Shown here piece after piece: positions 33,934 to 43,296 of a stretch of 64,000 nt of DNA; position 1 is the first letter of the stretch, and each line of letters starts with the position of its first letter. The stretch comes from an uncultured Nitrospiraceae bacterium (GTDB lineage Bacteria > Nitrospirota > Thermodesulfovibrionia > Thermodesulfovibrionales > UBA9159). The notes below the pieces were generated by a model. The model was not told the DNA's origin and made no database searches. It was given only the letters and a program-made list of their open reading frames with translations. Both the position numbers and the translations under genes were made by a program. The stretch lies in the NCBI GenBank assembly GCA_964475485.1, contig CAYYWY010000007.1, positions 15,849-79,848 of the forward strand, read 5' to 3'.

Positions 33934-35433
33934 ATGGATGAAGCATGCGCGGCACCTGAGATGTTGGAGAGGCAAAACAAGAGGCTCTCCATCCTCTATC
34001 AAATCGCTCTCACTGTAAGCAAGTCCCTCGACCTTAAGAGCATTCTCAACGATGTCCTTGAAATCATCATAGACTTTATGGGGGTGGATTCCGGAGTCAT
34101 TTATGTGATAAATGACGAAACCCTGGAGATGATACCCGTTACCTTCAGGAACCTAACCGATGAAGTGGTAAGAGACCTCTGTGAGAACAGGGTGAAGGTT
34201 GGTGAATGCATGTGCGGCACCATCGCCCAGTGCGACAAAGAGGTAATCATCCTTGAAAAGGCATCGGACGATCCAAGGTTTACCCGGGGAGTTCTCAAGA
34301 AGGAGGGGATGGAGTTTTACGCAGGGCTGCCTCTCAAGGCAAAGGGCAAGGTGGTGGGGGTGCTCTGTGTCATCACTCATGCTGCATATTCGCTGGATGA
34401 CGAACTCCTGGATGTGTTGCGGGCTGCAACAGTTCCGATCGGCCTTGCTATAGAGAACGCCAGACTTTTCGAAGATACAAAGAAAGAAGCAGAGTCCCGG
34501 ATGAGGTATTACAACTTCGAAGGTATCATCGCTAACAGTCCGAAGATGGGGGAGGTATTAAGGTTAGTGAGGAAAGTGACAAATGTCCCTTCGAGCATCC
34601 TCATCTATGGTGAGAGCGGTACAGGGAAGGAGCTGATTGCCAGGGCCATTCATTTCAACAGTGTCAGGAAGGGCAAGCCTTTCATCGCTGTGAACTGCAC
34701 TGCGATTCCCGAGACCCTTCTGGAGTCGGAGCTCTTCGGATATGTTAAGGGTGCCTTCACCGGAGCTTCTGCCGACAAGATGGGGCTCTTCGAGGCTGCG
34801 AACGGAGGCACGATCTTCCTTGACGAAGTGGAGGCTATGTCCAGGAATCTACAAGTGAAGCTTCTGAGGGTTCTGCAGGACAGCACATTCTTTAAAGTGG
34901 GCAGCCCACGACCTCTTACGGTGGACATAAGGATAATCGCGGCAACAAACCAGGACCTTGAAGAAAAGGTAAGGGCTAAACACTTCAGGGAGGATCTTTA
35001 TTACAGACTGAAGGTGATAAAGATAGAGCTGCCCCCTTTAAGGGAGAGGAGGGAGGACATTCCCTTGCTTATAAGGTACTTCATCAACAAGTTCAACAGG
35101 AAAATGGGAAAGAATGTCAGGAGAGTCTCGGATGACGCGTTCGGAATCCTTATCAACTATTCATGGCCTGGCAATATCAGGGAACTGGAGCATACGGTCG
35201 AAAGGGCCATCGTCATTGCGGAGACCGATGAACTGATGCGGGAAGATCTTGCGCTCGAAATAACTCCGCACACTGACGAGAGGAGCGATTGGAGAATGGA
35301 ATCCATAGAGAGGGAACATATACTCAGGGTTTTGGGCCTCACCGGATGGAACAAGAAAAAGGCCTCGGGCCTGCTTGGGATGGATGCAGCCACCCTTTGG
35401 AGAAAACTGAAGAAATACGGCATACCACTCTGA
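33934..35433 (+). CDS. Sigma-54-dependent transcriptional activator with an N-terminal GAF domain
   Basis: GAF-like N-terminus, AAA+ 'YGESGTGKE', sigma-54 contact loop 'GAFTGA', and C-terminal Fis-type HTH 'KKASGLLGMDAATLWRKLKKYGI'. Confidence 0.9.
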   Translation: MDEACAAPEMLERQNKRLSILYQIALTVSKSLDLKSILNDVLEIIIDFMGVDSGVIYVINDETLEMIPVTFRNLTDEVVRDLCENRVKVGECMCGTIAQCDKEVIILEKASDDPRFTRGVLKKEGMEFYAGLPLKAKGKVVGVLCVITHAAYSLDDELLDVLRAATVPIGLAIENARLFEDTKKEAESRMRYYNFEGIIANSPKMGEVLRLVRKVTNVPSSILIYGESGTGKELIARAIHFNSVRKGKPFIAVNCTAIPETLLESELFGYVKGAFTGASADKMGLFEAANGGTIFLDEVEAMSRNLQVKLLRVLQDSTFFKVGSPRPLTVDIRIIAATNQDLEEKVRAKHFREDLYYRLKVIKIELPPLRERREDIPLLIRYFINKFNRKMGKNVRRVSDDAFGILINYSWPGNIRELEHTVERAIVIAETDELMREDLALEITPHTDERSDWRMESIEREHILRVLGLTGWNKKKASGLLGMDAATLWRKLKKYGIPL

Positions 35434-35783
35434 GTGAATTCGGCGGCGATATGGATGCGGATTGTATGAGAACTTCCTTTATTTTAAGATTGAGGAGACG
35501 ACGTGCATGAGAGATCAAAATAAAAAAGAGATAGAATGGAAGCCTCTGTGACAGCTTGAAGTAGGAACAGGAAAAGAAGAAACCGAAATTCCTCTTTTTC
35601 TCAAAATACCGCCAGAATCCGGATCCATTCGTCATGCTTCTGTGTTGAGAAACCTCATTTTTGTGTTCTATATTGAAATTAGAAAGCTTGAACGAGCGCT
35701 GAACCTTGCAGGGGTTCGGATCGGGCCGGTAAAACCGGAACGTTTTCTCTTTGTCAAACATTCTGCAGGAAGGAGGTTTGGAT

Positions 35784-36461
35784 ATGGCGACTTCTACAAA
35801 GACAATTGAGGAAATGCGGGAAGAAAAGAAGTCTCTGAGAACGTTGATAAGCGGCTCAGTTGCTGAGAGCATATTCAGCGGCGCCGCTATCGTGCTTGCG
35901 CTTATGGGTCTTTCAGGTATAATGCCTCAGACGTTGCTCCCTGTGGCTGTGATAGTAATGGGTGCGGCTTTTCTCTTTGAGGGTGGGGCTATCTCGATAA
36001 GGTTTTCGAAGCTGTTGTCTGGAGCAAGGAAAGACCCCCTTGATCAGTTTGAATTAGGTCTCGGTGTGACTTCTGAGTTCGTCGGAGGAGTTGCCGGTGT
36101 AGTTCTCGGTATCCTTGCTCTTCTTGGGATGTATCCGATGGTGATGATTCCGGCTGCTATAGTCGTATTCGGCGGGACGTTGGTAATCAGCAGCATTGTG
36201 ACGCTGCGTCTCAACACTCTTGAGCTTGAAGGATATGAAGAGACGACTCCCTTCAAGAAGATCGCCCGTGAGGCGATGATGGCGTCCGCGGGGGTAGAGA
36301 TTCTGTTTGGCCTTGGCGCCCTTGTTCTCGGTATCGTGGCGCTCGGTGAGACACCCGCTGCGGCTACCATCAGTTTTGCCGGACTTCTTGTGGTAGGCAT
36401 CTCGGGTTTTGTCACCGGAGCTTCAATAACGGCAAGGCTGTTTCCGGCGTTAACCCGATAG
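35784..36461 (+). CDS. Integral membrane protein built from three repeated two-helix units
   Basis: ATG at 35784 preceded by 'aggaaggagg'. Gly/Ala/Val-rich TM pairs recur three times. Confidence 0.6.
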   Translation: MATSTKTIEEMREEKKSLRTLISGSVAESIFSGAAIVLALMGLSGIMPQTLLPVAVIVMGAAFLFEGGAISIRFSKLLSGARKDPLDQFELGLGVTSEFVGGVAGVVLGILALLGMYPMVMIPAAIVVFGGTLVISSIVTLRLNTLELEGYEETTPFKKIAREAMMASAGVEILFGLGALVLGIVALGETPAAATISFAGLLVVGISGFVTGASITARLFPALTR

Positions 36462-36467
36462 CAGCAA

Positions 36468-36505
36468 AAAGGGCGCTGTTTTTTCCGAACGCGCCCTTTC
36501 TTAAT
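36468..36505 (+). terminator. Probable intrinsic terminator
   Basis: 9-bp stem AAAGGGCGC/GCGCCCTTT (36468-36476 and 36491-36499) with a T-rich tail, directly after the stop codon. Confidence 0.5.
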
Positions 36506-36785
36506 TCAATATCTCGTTGCATTTTGCAATTCGGCGAAAGCTTGAATTCTGAGCAAGTCTGGTACCTTCCCGATGGCCCGCCAGTTACTCCTTTACAGTA
36601 ATTGCAATTTGCAATTGTAAAAGAAGTGTCTCCGTTCAGCCCGGAGGAAAAGCTGGATGGGCAACCCTTTGAAAACTAATGGATTTATCTTGGATGATGG
36701 TCGGTTCTCCGCTTCAGGGGTTTTGGCAAGCAAATTGCTTGTATTTGAGAAGGAGAAAGAAACTAAAGAAAAGGAGGCAACGAGT

Positions 36786-37325
36786 ATGACAGTGGCGACA
36801 GTTATAAACGGGCTCGACCCGGAAAAGCTCATGAAGGTTGTGGAGACCGTCAAACAGAACTGGGAGACGGGAAGAACGGTATGGAAGGCTTCAACCACGT
36901 GGAAGGGCGGATTTAAGGTTGAAACCTGCTCACGGGAATTTACGCTTCTTGCAGACGAGCCCGAGATGCTCTGCGGGACGAATACGGCAGCGAACCCTGT
37001 AGAAATGGTCCTGCAGGCATACGGGGCATGCCTTACAATCGGTTACGCCATGAATGCGGCAGCTAGGGGAATCAGGATAGACGACATAAAGATCGACCTG
37101 GAGGGAGAGATAGATCTCCCCGGTTTTCTCGGTCTTGAGCCGCCTGAAAAATATGGGATGGATAAACTTCCGGGGTTCAAGAGCATTACTGCAAAGGTGA
37201 AGATCAAGGCTGATGCTGACGAGAAGACCCTGATTGAACTCCATGAGCAGGTTAACAAGACGTCTCCCGTGGGCCTCACTCTCTCTCGACCTGTAAAGCT
37301 TTCGTCCAGCCTCGAGGTATGGTAG
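36786..37325 (+). CDS. OsmC-like protein (variant)
   Basis: ATG at 36786 preceded by 'aaaggagg'. 'AANPVEMVLQAYGACLTIGYA'. The position of the second OsmC Cys reads 'KTSPVGL'. Confidence 0.7.
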   Translation: MTVATVINGLDPEKLMKVVETVKQNWETGRTVWKASTTWKGGFKVETCSREFTLLADEPEMLCGTNTAANPVEMVLQAYGACLTIGYAMNAAARGIRIDDIKIDLEGEIDLPGFLGLEPPEKYGMDKLPGFKSITAKVKIKADADEKTLIELHEQVNKTSPVGLTLSRPVKLSSSLEVW

Positions 37326-37473
37326 CGACAGGACATTCTGAGCGGCCTTGAGACATGAAGACCCTCGCCCTGCCGGTCGTAGACAGTGACTCCCAAATCC
37401 CTCCGGCCCGCCGATCCCCCCCAATGGCGGGTCTTATCATTGTCTGCGACTCGCAGGGCGAGGGACTTGCGTT

Positions 37474-37491
37474 CCGGCAAAATAATTGCAA
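37474..37491 (+). promoter_or_regulatory. Sigma-54-type promoter upstream of the DsrE-like gene
   Basis: CCGGCAAAATAATTGCAA has GG-N10-GC spacing and a perfect TTGCA -12 element. The -24 element is CGGCA rather than TGGCA. Confidence 0.5.
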
Positions 37492-37530
37492 CCTGTTAAG
37501 AAAGTAAATAAAAATAAAAGGGGTGAGGTA

Positions 37531-37968
37531 ATGACGACTAAGGAAAATCTCGAAAATCCCTCTTATGAATTGTTGGCGAAAGAACAAGCCGTTAACGAGA
37601 CAGAGGATATCTTCATCGTCCTTTGTGCCTCGGGGTTTGAAAACAGCGCAAGGATGCGGTCGGCCCTGATGTTTGCCACCCTGGCGGCGTCTGCAAATTT
37701 CAGGACGATCCTTTATTGTATCCAGAACGCCGTTGATGTGATGGTGAGAGGGGCTATCGAGAGAAACGAAGTTCCGCAGCCCGGAGTTCCGACACTCAGT
37801 CAGAGACTTCAGGAAGCGAGGGAGATGGGTGTGGAAATCCAGTGCTGTACGCAGACCATGGCGAATAAGGGAATCGTGGGAGAAGATCTCATAGAAGGTG
37901 TAAAGGCCGCGGGCGCTATGAGTCTTATCGATCTCAGTACTAGGGCCAGGGGGACACTCTGTTTTTGA
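37531..37968 (+). CDS. DsrE/DsrF-like family protein
   Basis: ATG at 37531 preceded by 'aaaggggtgagg'. 'IFIVLCASGFENSARMRSALMFATLAA', 'GVEIQCCTQTMANKGI'. Confidence 0.55.
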   Translation: MTTKENLENPSYELLAKEQAVNETEDIFIVLCASGFENSARMRSALMFATLAASANFRTILYCIQNAVDVMVRGAIERNEVPQPGVPTLSQRLQEAREMGVEIQCCTQTMANKGIVGEDLIEGVKAAGAMSLIDLSTRARGTLCF

Positions 37969-37998
37969 GTGCCGTAATGGGTGCCACCATGCCGTGGA

Positions 37999-39723
37999 TC
38001 AGCCCTGGTGCGATCCCGCACCACTAAGCCGGTATTTCCGGATCTTTCTGACTATCGTGGAATGGTCCACTCCAAGCAAGCGGGCGATCTCCCGTGTAGT
38101 ACGCTTCATCTTCAGGGCTTGAGCGAGCATGGCTTTTTCCGTATTCTCTCTGGCTCGGCTGAGGGGAAGGATTCCGGGGCTGCCGTTTTCGAGCCGGCAG
38201 CCTTCGCCCTCTCCTCTGTGATGGATGCTTCTCGGCAGATGTTCCGGTCTCAGTATATCGGAGTCGCCTGTCACCACGAGGCGTTCGATAGTGTTCTGAA
38301 GCTCCCTTACGTTTCCGGGCCATGTATGCGCTTCAAGAACCGTGATAAGTTCTGATGAGAAGGTTTTTGACTGTCTGTACTTCTGGTTGTACTGCTTGAG
38401 GAAATGCCATGTCAGGGGGAAAATATCTTCTCTCCGTTCCCTCAATGGAGGGACTTCTATGGGCACCACATAGAGTCGGTAAAAGAGGTCTTCCCTGAAT
38501 CTTCCCTCCTTCACGAGATCGCGAAGGGTGCGGTTCGTTGCCGCAATAACACGGACGTCGAACTTCACCGGCTTTATTCCTCCGACCCTATACACCTCCA
38601 TGTCCTGAAGGACCTTAAGCAGTTTTACCTGGAGACTGAGGGGCATTTCACCTACCTCGTCGAGAAAAATTATCCCACCGTTTGCCAGCTCGAACAACCC
38701 AGGCTTGCCTTCTTTCCATGCCCCTGTGAAGGAGCCTTTTTCGTAGCCAAAGAGTTCGGACTCCAGAAGCTGCTCGGGGATGGCGGCGCAATTAATCGAT
38801 ATGAAAGGTCCCTGACTCCTGTTGCTCAGGCGGTGGATCAGCCGAGCAATTACCTCCTTGCCGGTGCCACTCTCACCCTGAATCAAGACGGCAGAGTCCA
38901 CCGGAGCCACTCTTACGGCAAGATCGATCGCGCGCTTCATTGCAGGGCTCTCGACAATAATATTCTCGTTTGCCAGTCCTGTTGCGAGATTGTCATCCGG
39001 CGCTGAAAGATATAGGGCTGTGAGACGCGAGACCTGTTCCTGCAGGCGCTGGAGTTCCGTGACATCACGGATGTTCACCGTTACATGATCTATCTTGCCG
39101 TCACAGAGGGCAGGGGTCCCCGTTATATAGATCTCGTTGCCGCGGTGCATCCGCCGCATGATCGTGACGCTCTTTTTTTTCTGATGCACAAGATGGAAGA
39201 CCTCATTTATCGATTTGAGGCAGACGTGAGCGCTGTCTGAGAGATCCGAGACGGGCCTGCCTTCCACCTTCTCTTTCTTCAGCCCGGATATTCTTAGAAA
39301 GCTGCTGTTCACCTTCACTATCTTTTCATGGTCGGTAAGAATGATGCCGTCATGAGAGCCTTCCATAATCGATTCCACTTGTGGGGGATGACATTCTGAG
39401 ACCTCCTGGATACAATAAAGCACACCGACAGCCCTCTTTTGCGAACGTATGAAGTTCTTCACTATGAGAAGCCTCCTTCTGTTTCGGTAGTGCATGATTG
39501 AAGGGATCCCCTCAGCCGGCATGGCGGCTGATTCTGCGTATAGACCAAGGTCGGACATGGCTTTTCCAATCAGATCGCCCGCCATCATGCCGAATATCTC
39601 TTCCGCTTTTCTATTCGCTCTGACAATGAACCCCCCTGCGTCTGTTGCGATGATCCCCAAAGGAAGCGATTTAACTATTTGATCGGCACTAAACGGAGAG
39701 CTAATCCGGACAGCCTTCTTCAT
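37999..39723 (-). CDS. Sigma-54-dependent transcriptional activator with N-terminal PAS domains
   Basis: PAS-like 'LPLGIIATDAGGFIVRANRKAEEIFG', AAA+ 'QGESGTGKE', 'GSFTGA' loop, and HTH 'REIARLLGVDHSTIVRKIRKY'. Confidence 0.9.
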   Translation of the reverse strand: MKKAVRISSPFSADQIVKSLPLGIIATDAGGFIVRANRKAEEIFGMMAGDLIGKAMSDLGLYAESAAMPAEGIPSIMHYRNRRRLLIVKNFIRSQKRAVGVLYCIQEVSECHPPQVESIMEGSHDGIILTDHEKIVKVNSSFLRISGLKKEKVEGRPVSDLSDSAHVCLKSINEVFHLVHQKKKSVTIMRRMHRGNEIYITGTPALCDGKIDHVTVNIRDVTELQRLQEQVSRLTALYLSAPDDNLATGLANENIIVESPAMKRAIDLAVRVAPVDSAVLIQGESGTGKEVIARLIHRLSNRSQGPFISINCAAIPEQLLESELFGYEKGSFTGAWKEGKPGLFELANGGIIFLDEVGEMPLSLQVKLLKVLQDMEVYRVGGIKPVKFDVRVIAATNRTLRDLVKEGRFREDLFYRLYVVPIEVPPLRERREDIFPLTWHFLKQYNQKYRQSKTFSSELITVLEAHTWPGNVRELQNTIERLVVTGDSDILRPEHLPRSIHHRGEGEGCRLENGSPGILPLSRARENTEKAMLAQALKMKRTTREIARLLGVDHSTIVRKIRKYRLSGAGSHQG

Positions 39724-39849
39724 GCGTTATTATAGCATGGTTGGTGGAAAGATGCACCGCTTTCCGGCCAAATGGTGACCTATTGCACCAATTCTCTCCA
39801 AGAAAGGCCACCCAGGGATTGTTTTTTGAGAACAATTGGGGAGATGATG

Positions 39850-39867
39850 TTGGCATATAAGATGCTA
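39850..39867 (+). promoter_or_regulatory. Sigma-54 (-24/-12) promoter upstream of the ABC transporter operon
   Basis: TTGGCATATAAGATGCT has GG (39852-53), 10 nt, then GC (39864-65). It sits about 60 nt upstream of the ATG at 39925 and is divergent from the PAS activator gene. Confidence 0.6.
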
Positions 39868-39924
39868 GCAGGGGAAAGAAGTAGTTACTAAAAGGGAAAG
39901 AGCATCCAGAAAAGGAGGAGGTAA

Positions 39925-41124
39925 ATGAAAAGGCGGGAGGAAACGGACGAATTGGTCGGGGAGTCCGAAAAAGGAAGAATGGACCGTAGGACTTTTATGA
40001 GAAGGGCCGTTGCCATGGGTCTGACCATGTCTGGCGCAGGCGCCTTTTTGTCTGCCGGCGGAAAGGTAGCAGGTGAGGCATTTGCGCAGACCACGCTGGC
40101 AGGCAAACCGGTGAATATAGGAGTCGGTTATTTCCCGAGCTGGGTCGGAGGATGGTCAGGCGCCATAATAAAGCATAAGGAGCTCTGGAGGAAATATCTT
40201 CCTGCGGGAAGCAAGATAGATTGGGATGTGCATGTGGTCGGGGCACCAGTTGCGAATAACCTGCTTGCCGGTAAACTGCAGATCGGGTACCTGGGGGACA
40301 CACCCGGTTTTGTGGCTACGACAAAGAGAAACATAGCAGACTTGCGGATCGTCTCGATAAATATATTCTCGAACACTGGACAGATATGCGCCGACATGTT
40401 GCTCAGGAGTGACGCCCCGCACTTTAAGAGCGCGGATGAGGCGATCAGGTGGTTGAATGGGAAGAAGATCGGTGTTTCCGGAAAGGGTTCCTGCGGTGAC
40501 CGGTTTGTTTCAGGACTTGTGAAGAAATACAATATCAAGGCCGAAGTCCAGTATCTTGATCCTACAATAATAAAAACAGTCCTTCAATCCAAAAAGATCG
40601 ATGCTGCACAGAGCTTCCAGCCGCATGTGGCGCAAATCTCGGATGGCGGACACGGGAAGGTGGCGTTCACCGGTGCCGAATGGGGATGGCAGGAAGGGAG
40701 CGTTATTCTTATGCGGAAGGACTTCATCGACAGCCACAGGGAAATTGCAAAGGGGTGGCTGAAGGCGGATATCGAGGCGCTTCAGTTCATGCTGAAGAAT
40801 CCATATGAGACGGTGAAACTCATTTCTCAGGATTTGCCTGGTTTTTCTACGAAGGACCTCTGGACGGCACTTTACGGGCGATACCCTGAAAACATCAAGG
40901 CATCGGAAATCAATGCAGTGGCTTTGGTGCCGTTTGACGGACAGATTATGGAATACATAAACGAGGCTTTTCAGTTCCTGCATTCCATCGGCGCTGTTAC
41001 GGTCGATAAGCCCATGCAGGGCGCTATATTCCCCGAACTACTGGATCAGGCGGCAAAGGAGATGGGTGTCAAGCTGCCGTTAGGAGAGTTCAAGGGGCGC
41101 CCGGCCGGCGAATTCAAAGGGTGA
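39925..41124 (+). CDS. ABC substrate-binding protein (NitT/TauT/SsuA-like) with a twin-arginine signal
   Basis: Strong SD 'aaaggaggagg' before the ATG at 39925; an alternative ATG at 39979 is possible. Tat motif 'DRRTFMRRAVAMGL', AxA-like 'AFA' cleavage site, and 'NIGVGYFPSW'. Confidence 0.75.
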   Translation: MKRREETDELVGESEKGRMDRRTFMRRAVAMGLTMSGAGAFLSAGGKVAGEAFAQTTLAGKPVNIGVGYFPSWVGGWSGAIIKHKELWRKYLPAGSKIDWDVHVVGAPVANNLLAGKLQIGYLGDTPGFVATTKRNIADLRIVSINIFSNTGQICADMLLRSDAPHFKSADEAIRWLNGKKIGVSGKGSCGDRFVSGLVKKYNIKAEVQYLDPTIIKTVLQSKKIDAAQSFQPHVAQISDGGHGKVAFTGAEWGWQEGSVILMRKDFIDSHREIAKGWLKADIEALQFMLKNPYETVKLISQDLPGFSTKDLWTALYGRYPENIKASEINAVALVPFDGQIMEYINEAFQFLHSIGAVTVDKPMQGAIFPELLDQAAKEMGVKLPLGEFKGRPAGEFKG

Positions 41125-41140
41125 CGGGGACGCCGAAAAC

Positions 41141-41578
41141 ATGTCCGCAACGAGGGACGTAAGACGGAAAAAACGGAAGGAAGTAAAGATCGTCTGGGAT
41201 GTGACCATCGGGAATGAGGCGCTCTTTGAGGACAGGCTCTGTCTCATTCAGCACACGGCGGAAGTGATCCGTAAGAACGGTATGGCTCCGAATTTCGTGA
41301 TCGTTATCCACGGCCCTGCAACTAAATTCGTTGCCAATTCCATCAGCAAGACCAAGTTCGGCAACGAATGTCTCGGGAGGCTCCCAGCTATTCAGAAGAT
41401 AATCGTGGAGATGAACGAAGACGGGATGCGCTTTGTCCAGTGCCAGGTCCCGATGATCAGGAAAGATGTCTCCAAAGACAACATTCTTCCATTTGTCAGT
41501 GTCTCTGAAACCGTCTTTTACGACCTTGCTATCCTCCAGATGAAAGGATATGCATATATCCCCATCTATGAAATGTGA
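41141..41578 (+). CDS. DsrE-related small protein (COG1416-like)
   Basis: 'KIVWDVT', 'FVIVIHGPATKF', and C-terminus 'YDLAILQMKGYAYIPIY', typical of the DsrE-related family. Confidence 0.55.
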   Translation: MSATRDVRRKKRKEVKIVWDVTIGNEALFEDRLCLIQHTAEVIRKNGMAPNFVIVIHGPATKFVANSISKTKFGNECLGRLPAIQKIIVEMNEDGMRFVQCQVPMIRKDVSKDNILPFVSVSETVFYDLAILQMKGYAYIPIYEM

Positions 41579-41641
41579 GCTGCAGGGAGTATGGGGAAAT
41601 GATGTGGTATTATCTTCTTAGGGCATCAAGGAGGCTTTTCG

Positions 41642-42454
41642 GTGATTAGTCGCGTATGGGCGAGACTTTCAGACCCGAAGCTGCTCAGGGCCGCTGCAGG
41701 GATTTTCCTTTTTGTAGGTCTCTGGTATCTGTTCACTGCGGTACTGAACCTCCCTCGGTTCAAGCTGATCCCCAACCCTATTGCGGTACTTAAGGAATGG
41801 TTAAGCTTCACACCGATATCGGGACGTTCCATCTTCACAAAAATCTATTATCTCGATATCGCTTATAGTGTGGGAAGGACGCTGGCCGCCTTTACCATCG
41901 CGACGCTGCTAGGAGTGACACTTGGTCTCCTTATGGGGTGGAGCAGGACTTTTTACGATTTCACTTTCCCTGTGGTCGAGATACTGAGGCCCATGCCGCC
42001 CTTGAGCTGGATACCACTTGCGGTTCTGATCCTCCCCGGCGTGGAGATGGCGGTTGTCTATGTCACATTTATCGCAGCTTTTTTTGCAACGGTCCTCAAC
42101 ACGTTGCTGGGGGTCTTTTCCATTGACAAGAATTACTTTCTGGCTGCGCGATGCCTGGGATCGAAGCAGAAGGACATCTTCCTGAATGTGATAGTCCCCG
42201 GCGCACTGCCTTTCATCTTCACCGGATTACAGATAGGCATGGGTATATCGTGGATGTCCCTTGTCGCAGGGGAGATTATCGCTGGCAAGCAGGGGCTCGG
42301 CTATGCCATATATGAAGGATACTTTCTCTACCAGTTTGAACATGTCATAAGCTATATGTTCACCCTCGGGATTCTTGGTTATATGAGCAGCGCGGGCATC
42401 AGGGCGTTGGGAAGAAGGCTGATGGCCTGGGAAGCGAGAAGGAGGGGTGCATAG
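41642..42454 (+). CDS. ABC permease 1, NitT/TauT type
   Basis: 'EILRPMPPLSWIPLAVL' and six predicted TM segments. Confidence 0.85.
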   Translation: MISRVWARLSDPKLLRAAAGIFLFVGLWYLFTAVLNLPRFKLIPNPIAVLKEWLSFTPISGRSIFTKIYYLDIAYSVGRTLAAFTIATLLGVTLGLLMGWSRTFYDFTFPVVEILRPMPPLSWIPLAVLILPGVEMAVVYVTFIAAFFATVLNTLLGVFSIDKNYFLAARCLGSKQKDIFLNVIVPGALPFIFTGLQIGMGISWMSLVAGEIIAGKQGLGYAIYEGYFLYQFEHVISYMFTLGILGYMSSAGIRALGRRLMAWEARRRGA

Positions 42455-43293
42455 TGACAGCGAATGGACTGAATCACCACGGAGAGATCTTGATAAGGGA
42501 TGTCACTAAGATATACGACCCGGAAGGGGTCCATGTGGTAGCCATGAAGGACTGCTCCTTTGATATAGCCGCAGGAGAATTCGCTGTCATCGTGGGACCG
42601 TCGGGATGTGGAAAGACCACTCTCCTGAACGCGATCGCCGGGTTCGATACAATCACTTCAGGGGAGATATATCTCGACGGCGAGCTTATTTCTTCCCGCG
42701 ATACGCAGATAAGTCCCGACGTAGAGCGGATGGTTGTCTTCCAGAACGGAGCGCTTTTCCCATGGAAAACGGTCATGGAAAATATCGTTTACGGCCCTGT
42801 CGTCCAGAAGAGGATGAAAAGGAGAGAGGCGATAGAAACCGCCAGAGGGATGCTGAAACAGGTCGGGCTGAACGGCATCGAGGACAAATACCCCGAAGAG
42901 CTTTCTTCAGGTGTCCAGAGGAGGGTCGAGATACTGAGGGCCTTGATAAACAAGCCGAAAGTCGTGATGCTCGACGAACCCTTCAGGGGTCTTGATGCCG
43001 TGGCAAAGACCGTCATGCACGAGTTTCTCATGGAGATATTCTGCGATTCTCCCCGTACAATGTTCTTCATTACCCATGACCTTGATGAAGCCATTTTTCT
43101 CGGCGGCAAGGTGATCATCATGACGACCCGCCCAGCACAGGTCAAGAAGATAGTTTATGTCAATTTGCCGTGGCCGCGCGAACACCACATGATGGGTACT
43201 GAGACCTATCTCGAACTCAAGAGGGAGGTGCTCGAGGCCGTTCACGAGGAGGCCAGGAAGGCCTTTGAGGCAGGAGAAAGGGAGATGGCCTGA
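42454..43293 (+). CDS. ABC ATP-binding protein 1
   Basis: 'GPSGCGKTTLLNAIAGFD', 'LSSGVQRRVEILRAL', 'VMLDEPF'. Confidence 0.85.
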   Translation: MTANGLNHHGEILIRDVTKIYDPEGVHVVAMKDCSFDIAAGEFAVIVGPSGCGKTTLLNAIAGFDTITSGEIYLDGELISSRDTQISPDVERMVVFQNGALFPWKTVMENIVYGPVVQKRMKRREAIETARGMLKQVGLNGIEDKYPEELSSGVQRRVEILRALINKPKVVMLDEPFRGLDAVAKTVMHEFLMEIFCDSPRTMFFITHDLDEAIFLGGKVIIMTTRPAQVKKIVYVNLPWPREHHMMGTETYLELKREVLEAVHEEARKAFEAGEREMA

Positions 43294-43296
43294 GCC

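Noticed and set aside
35339-35872. 177-aa minus-strand ORF in the 350-bp AT-rich spacer.
   Set aside because: It has low-complexity sequence, no SD and overlaps the ends of two supported genes. It is probably non-coding.
39773-39788. Second sigma-54-like sequence, TGGTGACCTATTGCAC.
   Set aside because: The GG-to-GC spacing is 9 nt instead of 10, and a better-spaced element lies 78 nt downstream.
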